This document shows positions 35,118-46,698 of a stretch of 64,000 nt of DNA, piece after piece (position 1 is the first letter of the stretch; each line of letters opens with the position of its first letter). The notes under the pieces are model-generated. The model worked only from the letters and a program-made list of their open reading frames with translations. It made no database searches and was not told where the DNA came from. Origin of the DNA: an uncultured Methanoregulaceae archaeon (GTDB lineage: Archaea; Halobacteriota; Methanomicrobia; Methanomicrobiales; Methanospirillaceae); the NCBI GenBank assembly GCA_963717525.1, contig OY970343.1, positions 832,001 through 896,000 on the forward strand, written 5' to 3'. A program made the translations under genes and the position numbers.

Positions 35118-35334
35118 ATTGGTGTAAATCTCCGACTGTATCTTTCGGATTTAATCCCTTTTTGGGAGGGATCAGCCTAAACTGCGAAGTTCTCCCCAAT
35201 CCAAAGGGCCTTTGTGCCCGTTCCGGGAAAAAACAAGGATTTAGTGCAGCGCTATTTAACCGGTCCACGCCTTTGGGTCTCTGGGGATTTTGCATCGCAT
35301 ACCTTTTTTGGCCACGATCAGCATACATATCATC

Positions 35335-36819
35335 ATGAAATGGGCGCTTCTTTCAGTATGGGATAAAACCGGGATCGTGGAACTTGCGCAGGGACTGGTC
35401 AGAAACAAGTTCAGTATCCTGAGTTCCGGGGGACCGGCAAGGTGCTTGCCCAGACAGGTGTCCCATTCACTGAAGTATCGAATTATACAGGTTTTCCCGA
35501 AATGATGGATGGGCGGGTCAAGACGCTCCATCCCAAGGTTCACGGGGGTCTCTTGGGAAGGCGACAAATCGATGATGCTGTCATGGCCCGGTATGGGATC
35601 AACCGGATCGATCTGCTGGTCGTAAACCTGTACCCTTTCGAAAAGATGTCAGGACAGTCCATGGCTCTTGAAAAACTGATAGAATATATCGATGTGGGGG
35701 GTCCGGCTATGATCCGGGCTGCGGCAAAAAATTTCAGGGATGTCGCGGTGGTTGTCGACCCGTCAGATTACCCGGAAGTAATTAAAACCATCAGCGGTGC
35801 CGGTTTTTTACCCGAACAGCGACTGATGCTGGCAAAAAAAGCGTTTGCCCGGACTGCTGCCTATGATGCCGCTATCAGCAACTACCTTTCGAATCTGGAT
35901 ATGACCTTTCCACCTACCCTCTCGCTCCAGTTCACGAACGGCCGTATGCTCAGGTATGGAGAGAATCCACACCAGCAGGCAGCAGTTTACGGCACTACTA
36001 GTATAGCAGGTACGGAACCCCTCCAGGGCAGGCAGATGTCTTACAACAATTATCTTGATGTCAATGCCGGCACCGCCCTGTTAGCGGAGTTCGAGGAGCC
36101 TGCTGCGGTTATTGTCAAACACAATAATCCCTGCGGGGTCTCGATCGGTACGGATATTCTTGATGCCTACCTGTCTGCCCGCGAGGTTGATCCGGTATCT
36201 GCCTATGGTTCGGTGGTATCCCTCAACCGAGAAGTCGACAAGAAACTCGCCGAAGCGATCGACTCCACGTTTGTGGAGGTCGTGGTCTCTCCGTCATTTA
36301 CGAAGCACGCGCTCGATGCGATGAAATCCAAAGAGAATATGCGGGTGCTTGTCCTCCCGGATCGTGTGAATGCGGACGAAGTGCGCACCATTGACGGGGG
36401 CATCCTGGTACAGCGGACATTGCCATACCAGGAGAACTGGAGCGTGATCACCGACCGTGATCCGACCACTGATGAGATGCAGGCACTGCGGATCGCATGG
36501 AAAGTCTGCAAGCACACCAAGAGCAACACAATCATCTTTGCCGACCAGAAACGTACCTCTCGGTATCGGCGCCGGCCAGATGAGCCGGGTTGATTCGGCA
36601 AAGATCGCTATTGAGAAGGCATGTGCCCCTCTTGCAGGATCCGCCGTTGCTTCAGACGCATTCCTCCCCTTTCCGGATACGCTTGAAGTGGCAGCGAAAG
36701 CCGGTGCCACAGCACTCGTGCAGCCGGGCGGATCCATCCGGGATAAGGAGGTTATTGAAGCCGCAAACCGGCTGAATGTTGCCATGGTCTTTACCGGCGT
36801 AAGATATTTCAGGCATTGA
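35335..36819 (+). CDS. purH: Bifunctional AICAR formyltransferase/IMP cyclohydrolase; two frameshifts (about 35430 and 36557)
   Basis: [68 protein letters not shown]. Confidence 0.95.
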
Positions 36820-36955
36820 CAATTTTTGCGTATTTTTTTGTTTTGAACCGAATTTTTGGATAAATTTATATTCTGCGAAGTATTTATACCTGATATAAAT
36901 CATTTATGGCTGGATAGTCATGGATGATTCAACCTAAATCATTGTGGTGAATGAA

Positions 36956-37621
36956 ATGGAATTTGGAAAACTGGTCAAAGACTCTTTGGGATACGCAAAA
37001 GAAGGTCTCGTTGGGAAGTGGATAAACTGGATATTGCTGATTGTCAGTTGCATAATCTTTCCTTTTGTCTTAGGCTATATAATGCGTATTTACCGTGGTG
37101 CAAGTAAAGCTCCTGAGCTCAATGAGTGGGGGGGCATGTTTATTGAAGGGATTAAACTTTTCATTGTCGTGCTAATCTATGCAATTCCGATAATCATCAT
37201 TGAACTTGCAGTTCTTGGTAGTACATTCATCACTACTATGACGTTGAAAACAGCCGGGCATGAAAATCCCGCTCAAATGATGAATCTAATAGGGGGAGTT
37301 CTGTTCGGTTTTATAATTTTGGTGATTGTTTCGATCATTATCGGCCTCATATTAGCCACTGCAGTAGTACGGTTTGCTCGAATGAACAGCTTTGGTGAAG
37401 CATTTAATTTCAATGCAATCTTTGCACATATCGGGAAAATCGACTTTGTGTCGTATCTTGTTGCTCTGATAATTATGGTCATTATCATCGGAGTTATAGA
37501 AGTTATATGTATGATGATCCCCTATATTGGCTGGTTACTACTTCTCATAATCCTCCCGCTCCTTGTCTTGTTTGAAGCACGGTATCTTACCCTCCTCTAT
37601 GAGAGTGCCGGTCCCGTATAA
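36956..37621 (+). CDS. DUF4013-like membrane protein
   Basis: LGYIMRIYRG..APE...W.GMFIEGIK and EAFNF; multi-TM; GGTGA RBS. Confidence 0.78.
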   Translation: MEFGKLVKDSLGYAKEGLVGKWINWILLIVSCIIFPFVLGYIMRIYRGASKAPELNEWGGMFIEGIKLFIVVLIYAIPIIIIELAVLGSTFITTMTLKTAGHENPAQMMNLIGGVLFGFIILVIVSIIIGLILATAVVRFARMNSFGEAFNFNAIFAHIGKIDFVSYLVALIIMVIIIGVIEVICMMIPYIGWLLLLIILPLLVLFEARYLTLLYESAGPV

Positions 37622-38038
37622 CTTTTTTCCTTTTCCCGGCTACATATAAACATGAAACAAGCTGTTTTTGAAGAAATTTTTTTCTCGTTGACCTCCCAAC
37701 GGTTGAATCACTATTGGTTGATATGAGTTTCGGGATTAAGCTTGACGACTTCTCATCCTAAATAAATGAGAGTGTCTGGGAAAATGGAACCATTGGCTGC
37801 TCTGGTTGCCAGCCCGATAATTCTCGCTTTGATTTATGGGTGTTCCGCATGGATCTATCGTGGTGAGAGTATGCCATTATGCAACACTGTATATTAATGC
37901 AGTAAACATGGATCCGTGACGGTTCCGGCAGAACAATAACCGGATTTCCGAATTCCCTTTGATTAAATAAAAATACGTCTTTAGGGTGCGACTTTTCAGA
38001 CATCTCAAAAAGGATATCCGGCCGAAGATTGGGAGAGG

Positions 38039-39691
38039 TTATCTCTGCACTGCGCCAAGGTTTGCCTGCTCAACGGTCTTTGCGTACCGGGCAAGGACAC
38101 CGGTCAGCGATCGGGCTACCGGCCTCCATGAATCTTTCCGGAACTGGAGAGTTTTTGGATCGACCAACAGGTCGATTGTTCTGGCAAAGAGATCGACAGC
38201 GATCAGATCTCCTTCCTGCACAAAAGCAATAGGCCCCCCGACCGCAGCCTCCGGGGCAACGTGCCCGATACAGGGACCACGGGTCCCCCCGGAGAAGCGA
38301 CCGTCGGTAATCAGCACGACGTCTTTGTAGCCAACCCCCATCAGGGCTGATGTCGCAGAGAGCATCTCCGGCATCCCAGGCCCGCCACGCGGCCCTTCGT
38401 TCCTTATGATGAGGACATCACCTTCACAGATCTGCCGGGAAAGAATTGCTTTCATCGCAGGCTCCTCAGCCTCAAAGACCCGGGCAGGACCGGTGTGTTT
38501 CCATATCTCTTTTGGGACGGCTGCAGATTTGACGACAGCCCCATCGGGCGCCAGGGATCCAAAGAGGATACGCAGGCCACCCGCCGGGCTCACCGGTGCA
38601 TCCAGCGTCTTGATAACATCTTCATTTTTGATCACTGCATTCTGTGCAATATCATGAATGGTCGACCCTGAAGCGGTCAGGCAGTTGTCAAGATGTTTTT
38701 CCAGGCGCTTGAGAACCGCGGGAATACCACCGGCCCGGTACAGGGCCTGCATGGAGTGGGGGCCGGCGGGGAGCATGTGACAGATATGCGGGATCTCATC
38801 AGCAATACGGTTGAAATCCTTAAGAGAGAGTGGGATCTCGGCCTCGGTTGCAATTGCCATGAGATGAAGCACGGTATTAGTCGAACCGCCAAGCGCCATA
38901 TCCACGCGGATCGCATTTTCCAGGCTCTTTCTGGTAACGATATCACGCGGCGTGACATTCTTTTTTACCAGAGGGACAATAGCCTCGCCACTCTCCCGGG
39001 CTATTCGCAGCTTTGCTGCGTCCACTGCGGGAATCGCTGCGCAGCCAGGCAGGGACATCCCCATGGTCTCGGTCATGCAGGCCATCGTGTTTGCGGTGTA
39101 GAGTCCCTGGCAGCTCCCACAGCCGGGCATGGCGCAGCATTCCAGGTCTTTCAAGGATGCCTCATCCATGGTTCCTGCGGCAACCTTTCCCACTCCCTCA
39201 AATATATCGATGAGCGAGAGGTCTTTTCCATCCATACTCCCGGAGAGCATCGCCCCACCAGTTACGATTACCGTCGGGATGTTTGTCCTGACCGCAGCCA
39301 TGAGCATCCCGGGAACAATCTTGTCACAAGTACCGACGCACACAAGGCCATCAAAACGGTGCGCCTGGGCCATGAGTTCGATAGAATCCGCAATATTTTC
39401 CCGGGAGGGAAGAGAATATCTCATCCCTTCGTGTCCCATTGCAATCCCATCACAGATACCGATGACACCGAATTCAAACGGAACTCCCCCGGCGGCAGCA
39501 ATGCCTTCATGTACCTTGTCCGAAAGCTGGCGCAAATGAGTATGGCCGGGAACAATAGTATTGTACGCATTGGCAATACCGATAAACGGAAGGTTCATCT
39601 CCCGGTCAGTGACCCCAAGCGATCGCAGAAGCGAACGGTTCGGCGCCCGTTCGTACCCCTTCCTGACTTTATCGCTTCGCATATCCGTCAT
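38039..39691 (-). CDS. ilvD: Dihydroxy-acid dehydratase
   Basis: [63 protein letters not shown]. Confidence 0.97.
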   Translation of the reverse strand: MTDMRSDKVRKGYERAPNRSLLRSLGVTDREMNLPFIGIANAYNTIVPGHTHLRQLSDKVHEGIAAAGGVPFEFGVIGICDGIAMGHEGMRYSLPSRENIADSIELMAQAHRFDGLVCVGTCDKIVPGMLMAAVRTNIPTVIVTGGAMLSGSMDGKDLSLIDIFEGVGKVAAGTMDEASLKDLECCAMPGCGSCQGLYTANTMACMTETMGMSLPGCAAIPAVDAAKLRIARESGEAIVPLVKKNVTPRDIVTRKSLENAIRVDMALGGSTNTVLHLMAIATEAEIPLSLKDFNRIADEIPHICHMLPAGPHSMQALYRAGGIPAVLKRLEKHLDNCLTASGSTIHDIAQNAVIKNEDVIKTLDAPVSPAGGLRILFGSLAPDGAVVKSAAVPKEIWKHTGPARVFEAEEPAMKAILSRQICEGDVLIIRNEGPRGGPGMPEMLSATSALMGVGYKDVVLITDGRFSGGTRGPCIGHVAPEAAVGGPIAFVQEGDLIAVDLFARTIDLLVDPKTLQFRKDSWRPVARSLTGVLARYAKTVEQANLGAVQR

Positions 39692-39898
39692 TACCTGATG
39701 ATTGCTCCGCTTGATTCATGAATCTGTTGCCGCACTGTGCTTACCGGAGAACAAGTCACACATGAATGTTCCCCTATACGAGAAACGGAATACACGGAAC
39801 CTCTGCCAGACTGAGTTCCCGGAATCGTCAAAGGTCAGTGCAGTTAAAAAAAGATTATAATTAACAGATAAACATTACAGCCGGTGTAACATGGAGAG

Positions 39899-41191
39899 CT
39901 ACCGTTTCCTCCTAGCATGAATTAGGGTGTAGATGATACCGATGATCACAGCGACGATGAGGGAGATATAGACGGGATTGGAGACGATGCCCTGGATCCC
40001 GGAGAGGTTTTTGACGTCGATAGAGATCTTCATCGGGTCGGAGATGTAGGTATCGTCGAGGGCATCATTGTACCGGATCTCGGAATCGAGGCCATATTCC
40101 TTGATAGTCGCGTCGCTTGCCACGCTGATCTGATAGGAAGCCACCGCGGACTGTCCCGGCGCGAGGTCGCCAAGGTAAGCGATATCGGAGGAACTGGTGA
40201 ACGGATCGACCACGCTGATACGAGCCTCCGCGCTGTAGACCGTGGAGTCCCCGGTGTTCTGGTATTCGACCTGGATCGTCCGCTTGCTGCCCGGGCTCAT
40301 CTCGACCGGGGGAGACTGGATTGCAAAAGAAACCTTATTGCCGATGTCCACACCTACGACCTGGGTCTGTGACGGAACGAAATCTCCCTCGTCATTCTGG
40401 TACATCACAACAACATCTATGGGATAGGTCTTGTTCTCCGCATCCTTTGCCACGGATACCTTGTACTGGCAGGAGACCGTGCTGCCTGCGGGAAATGCAC
40501 CGATATACACGCTGCTGTCGACCGGACTGACCGGGCTGTCATCGTCCTGGAGGATCTCCACGGTTGCTTTGGCGCCGTCAAGCGACCCGATATTTGCGAT
40601 GGTCAGGTTCACGTAGCCGTTTGCACCCGCAACCAGCTGGCCGGAGGTCGCTGAGACAACCTCCGGGATCACCTCGGACTTGATGACCAGCGGGGCGGTA
40701 ATGGTCACGTTGCCGGGCACGTAGTAATACCGGAACGTGTCAAGGCCGTACTGGTCGACGTTCGAGAACTGGGTGTAACTGATGTTGAGCGGCAGATAAT
40801 ACGTGCCGCCCGCGGCATCGGCATTAACCTTCGCGGAGAACGTCACGGTCTGCTGGGCCTGGCTCGCAATGTCCCCAATCATCTGGGGATCGGATTTGAT
40901 CACCACCGGGGCATCCCCCGCACCCATGGCGACCGTGACAAATTTCGCCGTAGTCGGAACATCCGCCAGATCGACAATGTTCGGCGCTACCTCATAGTTC
41001 GTGTTTATACCGGTGTTTTTGATCACTACCGGGATCTGGATGTCGCTGCCCGCCGTATACTGGTTCGCCCCGGCTATATACGCCGTCAGGTTCGGGCTGC
41101 CGGCCAGATACTTCGTGCCGGCAAACGCCGGGACGGCGAGACATGCGAGGAGTATTATAAGGATAATTATTTTAGCTTGGGGTGATCCCAT
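39899..41191 (-). CDS. COG1361-type S-layer domain protein
   Basis: Signal peptide, three Ig-like beta-rich repeats (IKNTG, IANIG, YQNTG; GDLAPGQS), C-terminal TM and RRKR. Confidence 0.75.
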   Translation of the reverse strand: MGSPQAKIIILIILLACLAVPAFAGTKYLAGSPNLTAYIAGANQYTAGSDIQIPVVIKNTGINTNYEVAPNIVDLADVPTTAKFVTVAMGAGDAPVVIKSDPQMIGDIASQAQQTVTFSAKVNADAAGGTYYLPLNISYTQFSNVDQYGLDTFRYYYVPGNVTITAPLVIKSEVIPEVVSATSGQLVAGANGYVNLTIANIGSLDGAKATVEILQDDDSPVSPVDSSVYIGAFPAGSTVSCQYKVSVAKDAENKTYPIDVVVMYQNDEGDFVPSQTQVVGVDIGNKVSFAIQSPPVEMSPGSKRTIQVEYQNTGDSTVYSAEARISVVDPFTSSSDIAYLGDLAPGQSAVASYQISVASDATIKEYGLDSEIRYNDALDDTYISDPMKISIDVKNLSGIQGIVSNPVYISLIVAVIIGIIYTLIHARRKR

Positions 41192-41473
41192 CAAAGAGGC
41201 TCCTGTACGGTAATAAAAATATGTTTCTTTATATTATGGTATTTGGTTATGTATTTTCTTTGGCGTATGAGGAGGTCAGACTATGGCACAAAAAGATTGC
41301 AGGCCAGTTATTTTAAGTGGGTTTCTTGGATCGAGATAAATATAACCTTTAAAGAAATTGCTGAATCCGGTTCCATGATACCTACAACCGTGGGAAATGT
41401 AACAGGTTTCGTGATGCTGGATTATGATCTTTTAAGCATACATAAATAACAGAAAAAGCTCTACACATCAGTG

Positions 41474-42277
41474 ATGACAAAGCAGATGTGTTGTGCGGTA
41501 CTTGCGTCTGGCATCATTCTGATGCTCCTTGTGGCCGGGTGCGTTACACCTCCAAAAGGAACGACGACTTCATCGACATCCGGTAATTATTATGCCACCG
41601 AAACGAATGCTCAGGAGACACCAACATCTTCATCCTATGTTAATGCGGCTACGCCTTTTGTAACTAGTACTTCTGGTGTTCAGGCCGGTAGTAGTCAGGG
41701 GGGTAATCCCTATGCGACTCCTACCCCCATATCTGCCGATCTGTCGTGTCTCATCTACCAGAACACTCAATTTTTCTCCTATAATACAACCGCGATATCT
41801 TTCGACATGAAAAACCCTCCAATGTATATTACGTATTCTGTTGTTCCATTCAACATCACGGTCAATAAGCCTGTTGAAATAAACCAGGGTGGTAGTGGAG
41901 ACCAATGGGTAACCCTGCAGTACTCCGATTATGCCCCGTATTCATGGTTTGAGATTACCGTTCGGGATAATGAAACGGGTGATGTCTATCTTGACAACGG
42001 GTTTGCACCATACAGGGCTTCCAATCCTCTAAGTGGCTATATCAACGCGACACTCGGCCCTATTCTCAATTCAGGCGACCTTCATATAGAGATGACCGGG
42101 AACAACATCACGGCAACAACCGGTATATGGGTAAAACCGGTAGGTAATATTGATGACCCGCAAAACCAGACATTCTCCCAATGCCAATACTGGAACGGGC
42201 ATCCGCAAAATTACCTGGTTTACCCGACAACAACGGCCACTCCCACGTGGACGCCGGGAAACGTGCAGGCTGACTAA
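41474..42277 (+). CDS. Hypothetical lipoprotein
   Basis: Lipobox-like LLVAGC, Ser/Thr-rich linker, beta-rich domain. Confidence 0.72.
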   Translation: MTKQMCCAVLASGIILMLLVAGCVTPPKGTTTSSTSGNYYATETNAQETPTSSSYVNAATPFVTSTSGVQAGSSQGGNPYATPTPISADLSCLIYQNTQFFSYNTTAISFDMKNPPMYITYSVVPFNITVNKPVEINQGGSGDQWVTLQYSDYAPYSWFEITVRDNETGDVYLDNGFAPYRASNPLSGYINATLGPILNSGDLHIEMTGNNITATTGIWVKPVGNIDDPQNQTFSQCQYWNGHPQNYLVYPTTTATPTWTPGNVQAD

Positions 42278-42302
42278 TGAGCGAGAGGTATAATTTTTTT
42301 TG

Positions 42303-43146
42303 AGTATAGTCCCATTCTAGTGACTAAACCTCGTGTCCCAACAGCTTGATGATACGTTTCACTTTATAATTATTATTTTCATTTCTATGACACATACTCA
42401 CCTAAATAGAGAGGCAATTTTTCTTGTCTGATACCACCTTTGAAACCAGTTTTCTTTTCAAGTATCCCCCAGAATCCTTCCAGACCATTGATATGATTTC
42501 CTTTTCCATCGCTATACTGGTTTTCACCGTGATTGACAAGATGATGAACGTATCCACGTGAAGCGATACCGGTATATGCTTTCCAGGTATCTGAACAAAT
42601 GATGGAACCGGTTGAAACTTTCCTTGAGATAAGTGGTTGCAGAGTTTCAGCTCCAACTTCATCAACAACTTCGGCCCAGGCAGTATCATTATGACAAAAA
42701 ATCCCCAACACCAGTTGTTTCTTCGTTCCTCTTCCCCGTTTAGTGCCGTGATCTCGGATCGTTTTTCGTTTGTTTTTCCATTGACTCCCGAGGTAGGTTT
42801 CATCCACTTCAACGGTGCCGGAAAAGATTTCCGGTACATCTTTTATGAGTGCAGTTCGAATCAACGTCAGTGCCATCAGAACTCGTTTTCGTTCAAGACC
42901 GGTCCAGACTGAGATATTATGGCTGCTCTGCTCCAAGAGAAACCATGTGATAATTTCTTTCCATTGATCTTTTGTAAGATAGAGGGGGAGCCGGTGCAGT
43001 ATAAATTCATATTCGCACAGGGAACATTTCCTCTTCCCATTAGAGAGCAGGTAAACTTTTTTGACATCGCATTTTGGGCATGATATTTTTACCAGTTCCT
43101 CGTCCAAATTTTCTTTACGAGTTGGTAGTTAAAATGGTATTATACC
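42303..43146 (-). mobile_element. IS1595-family insertion sequence (decayed)
   Basis: Imperfect terminal inverted repeats: GTATAGTCCCATTCTAGTGACTAA from 42304 versus the reverse complement GTATAATACCATTTTAACTACCAA ending at 43145 (17/24). Flanking direct repeat TTTTTTTG at 42295-42302 and 43147-43154. AT-rich. Confidence 0.8.
42385..43107 (-). pseudogene. IS1595-family transposase with a damaged C-terminus
   Basis: Zn ribbon CPKC/CSLC, EVDETY, CSDTWKAY, HINGLEGFW. The expected YLKRKL segment lies in another frame and the ORF stops at EYVS. Confidence 0.82.
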
Positions 43147-43254
43147 TTTTTTTGAATGAGATGATTCGCAATTTCGTATCTATCGATTTTTTTAACGGTG
43201 AGATATTTAAGCGATTAAAACGATGTAAATAAGGCAGGCACCCATAAAACACAC

Positions 43255-43326
43255 GTCCCGGTGGGGTAGTGGACATCCTAGAAGCCTGCGGAGCTTTTGA
43301 CCCGGGTTCAAGTCCCGGCCGGGGCG
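43255..43326 (+). tRNA. tRNA-Arg(GCG)
   Basis: Acceptor GTCCCGG/CCGGGGC, D-arm GGGT..ATCC, anticodon arm GAAGC-CTGCGGA-GCTTT, T-arm CCGGG-TTCAAGT-CCCGG. No intron; CCA not encoded. TTTAAG/TAAATA promoter-like sequence upstream. Confidence 0.95.
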
Positions 43327-43811
43327 TACCATTTTCCATCATTGCATGTTCCCTTTGATCTGATCTCTCCTTGATTCTGATACAATCCGTCACCGTGAAA
43401 AGATGAGATAACTCCACACTCCTGATAGCCGTACGACCCCCCTAATCCCCGTGCGCGCCTCACTAGTATAATGTATCGTTTTAAAAAGAGCAATTTTTGC
43501 GTGATTTTCCAGATCTGTCCTAGGGATCGAATGGAATTAAATGCTTCCTGCGATACATACCGGGTGCAGTGCAGCAGATCTGAGACAGCAATCTGTGTCA
43601 GGCGCCGATCAAAATGAGGATATTTAGGAGGGTCACAGGCAACGGGTGCTATCCCTCCTCACGAATCCCGGATTTCCCGTTCTGCCTCGTTCCTTACAGC
43701 ATCAGGCCATTTTAAACTACATGCCCAATCCCGATGCAGCAGTATGGAGGATATCCGAAAAACCAGTGGCATGAAAAAGGAATATGTGGAGATAACGTGA
43801 AAATAAAAAAA

Positions 43812-44849
43812 TTACAGCGCCGGTTTTGTTTTGAGCGCCGCAACCAGCAGACTGACACCGGCTTCGATGTCACCGATGTCCAGTACCTCAACCGGTGAGT
43901 GGATGTACCGGGTGGGTGGGCTGATGGTAGTGCTCGGTACACCGCCTCGGGAGAGATGAATGGACGTTGCATCGGTCGTCCCCCCGGTACCAACTTCGAA
44001 CTGCACCGGGATTGCGTGAGACTCAGCGGTATCTTTCAGCCACCGGACAACCTTGCGGTTCGCGATAAGTCCTCTCCCGCTGCTATCAACGATAGTAATG
44101 ACCGGACCTTTTCCCATCTCGACTGCCGCATCTTTCATATCGATGCCCGGGTGATCCCCGGGAATAGTGACATCGGTGGCAATGGCCCAGTCGGGGTCAA
44201 TGGTATAGGCACTGGTCTTTGCACCCTTAAGCCCGACCTCCTCTTGGACGGTAAATACCGCATAGACCGTGAAGGGGGACTTTATCTTCTGCATGGTCTT
44301 TACGAGCATCGCGACACCGGCCCGGTTGTCAAACGCCTTCCCGGTGACACGGTTGTTCGCGAGCTCGGTGAACTCCCGGTCGATCGTTATGGGCGTCCCG
44401 ACCTCGATGCCGAGTTCCGCGACATCATCCTTGTTTTTTGCCCCGACATCAATGAACATATCGTCCGTTTTCACACCTTTCTTGCGCTCCTCCTCGTCCA
44501 TCATGTGCGGGGGTTTGCCGCCAATGACACCGAACCGGTCGCCCTTTGTTCCATGAACGATGACGCGCTGGTTATAGAGGGTCGGAGCATACCAGCCGCC
44601 CAGCGTGATAAACCGGAGGAAGCCCTTGTCATCGATATACTTGACCATGAGCCCGATCTCATCCATGTGAGCGGCAAGCATCACCTTCGACTTGTTGCCG
44701 TGCTTGACGGCGATAAGGTTTCCCATGGGATCCTCGGTGATCTCGTCGACATGCCCCTTGAGTTCCTTCTTTATCAGGGCAAATACGCTGCCTTCACTGC
44801 CCGATACACCGTGGGTATTGGACAATTTTCGTAAAAGTTCCTTGACCAT
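43812..44849 (-). CDS. M42 family (TET/FrvX) aminopeptidase
   Basis: AAHMDEIG, GKAFDNRAG, VQEEVGLKGA, GGTTD, RYIHS. Likely start MVKELL at 44849. Confidence 0.93.
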   Translation of the reverse strand: MVKELLRKLSNTHGVSGSEGSVFALIKKELKGHVDEITEDPMGNLIAVKHGNKSKVMLAAHMDEIGLMVKYIDDKGFLRFITLGGWYAPTLYNQRVIVHGTKGDRFGVIGGKPPHMMDEEERKKGVKTDDMFIDVGAKNKDDVAELGIEVGTPITIDREFTELANNRVTGKAFDNRAGVAMLVKTMQKIKSPFTVYAVFTVQEEVGLKGAKTSAYTIDPDWAIATDVTIPGDHPGIDMKDAAVEMGKGPVITIVDSSGRGLIANRKVVRWLKDTAESHAIPVQFEVGTGGTTDATSIHLSRGGVPSTTISPPTRYIHSPVEVLDIGDIEAGVSLLVAALKTKPAL

Positions 44850-44850
44850 G

Positions 44851-45961
44851 TTATTGCACTCCTGTTGCTGTTCCGATCCTATCAAGGGCCCGCATGAGGT
44901 TTTCCCGCGAGGCGGCATAACTGAGCCGGGCATAGTCCGGCGCGTTTGCACCAAACGCCGAACCCGGGGTCAGAATAACACCACTGTCGATAACCTTCTG
45001 CACGAGTGCCGGTTTCATCGGCACAAACGCGTAAAACGCCCCTTCCGGTACCGGGAAGGAGAAACCGATATCAAAAAGGCCTTTGCAAAGCAGGTCGCGG
45101 CGTGCACGGTACTCATCCCTCATCTGGCGGACCGGTGCCTGGTCTCCGGTATAGGCTGCGAGCGCCGCATACTGGGAGATCGAGGTCGCACATGCCTGGC
45201 AGTACCTGGTGCACCTTGAGGCACTGGCCGACAACTTCGGGAGAGGCAGCAAGGTACCCGAGTCGCCAGCCGGTCATCGCGTACGTCTTGCTTACCGCGT
45301 TTATCGTGATCACGTTGTCGCCAAACCGGGCAGCACTCACATGCTTTTTCCCGTAGACGAAATGTTCGTAAACCTCATCGCTGACAACCGTAACCCCGGC
45401 ATCGTTTGCATATTCAACGAGCGCCTTAATCGACTCCCCGCTCTCCACGGCGCCGGTCGGGTTTGCAGGGGAATTAAGGACAAAGAGTCGGGCGCCGTCC
45501 ATGAGCGCCTGAGCCTTTACGAGGTCGATATGGAACGTTTCATCCAGCGGGACGCCGATCGGCCGGCCGCCGGCAATCGTTGCAAGTGCCGCATAGGAAA
45601 CAAAACCCGGGTCGGCGCAGAGTACCGGATCCCCGTCGCTCACGAGTGCCTGCATAACGATATGGAGCGCCTCGCTTGCACCTGCGGTAACCAGGATATG
45701 ATCAGGGCCATACTGCAGCCCGTTCTCTTTTTTGAACTTGGCGCAGATCGCGTCCCTGAGCTCAGGAATCCCCGTGTTTGCAGTGTACCCGGTCTTTCCT
45801 GCCCGGATTGCGGCGATGGCTGCATCCTTGATGTGCTGCGGCGTATCAAAATCCGGCTGGCCGAGGCCGAGGTTTATCGAGTCCGGGCCTGCCGCTTCAA
45901 AGATCCTTCGTATCCCGGAAATTTCTATGCCCTTCACCCGGGGCGAAAACTGTTCTTTCAT
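44851..45961 (-). CDS. PLP-dependent class I aminotransferase (aspartate aminotransferase-like); frameshift near 45206
   Basis: LGQPDFDTP, NSPANPTG, DEVYE, SKTYAMTGWRLG; C-terminal GAFY and RLSYA in the next frame. Confidence 0.92.
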
Positions 45962-45982
45962 CCTTTTCCTCCCTGACCTGTC

Positions 45983-46582
45983 CTATTCGATATTTGCGTG
46001 ACGGTCCTTGAGCGCAGATTCATCTGTCTTGGTGATCTCCATGAGCCGGGAGATCACGGCATCGGAGAAGATCATCGATGTCGTCTCAAAGAGAGTCCCC
46101 AGAGGTGCGAACGACTTATGATCGCCAAGCATCTGCCGGATCTCAAACTCGGCCGCATCGTCACGGACATCATCGCGCTGGTTCTCGATGATCACTTTGC
46201 AGTCGGCAATCTTCCCGATCCGCGAGTCGGCGTTGGAGGTGATGAGGCAGATGTGCGCACCGATCTCCTTTCCGGTCTCAGCAATGTCGGCCACCGTCTT
46301 TGTCCTGCCGGACCCCGAAAAGACGACAATGACATCCCCTTTCCGGAGCGCCGGCGTGATCGTTTCTCCAACAACGTATGACTGAAGGCCGAGGTGCATC
46401 AGGCGCATGGCAAATCCTTTTGCCACCAGTCCAGACCGGCCTGCCCCCATCACGTAGATGCGCTGTGCATTCAGGATCTCGGCAAGAAATGCCTCCACAT
46501 CCGAATCGGATATGGAATGTGCGATCGCCCGGATCTTTGATGCCATCAGCTGCATCATTTCCTGAACCCTGTGGTCTTCCAT
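45983..46582 (-). CDS. hxlB: 6-phospho-3-hexuloisomerase
   Basis: GAGRSGLVAKGFAMRLMHLG, GETITP, SGSG, APLGTLFE, RHANIE. Confidence 0.93.
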   Translation of the reverse strand: MEDHRVQEMMQLMASKIRAIAHSISDSDVEAFLAEILNAQRIYVMGAGRSGLVAKGFAMRLMHLGLQSYVVGETITPALRKGDVIVVFSGSGRTKTVADIAETGKEIGAHICLITSNADSRIGKIADCKVIIENQRDDVRDDAAEFEIRQMLGDHKSFAPLGTLFETTSMIFSDAVISRLMEITKTDESALKDRHANIE

Positions 46583-46698
46583 CCTGCTCGCAAGAATGGT
46601 GCTATCCCATAGTAGATGAGAATATCGTACCTGCTGGGCAGCAAATAGTGGTCTAACAGGAAACTGAAACTATCCCTCCCCAAAAATGTGCTGTATTT

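Noticed and set aside
37758..38003. 81-aa minus-strand ORF downstream of ilvD
   Set aside because: No motif, RBS or typical codon pattern; cannot be supported.
38693..39721. 342-aa plus-strand ORF, and similar ORFs opposite yyaL, aglB, the M42 peptidase and the TPR gene
   Set aside because: Antisense to well-supported genes, with non-protein-like composition.
43560..43610. TPP riboswitch (GGGTGC...CTGAGA)
   Set aside because: Downstream conserved elements (ACCC, ACCTGA, AGGGA) are absent and no plus-strand gene follows.
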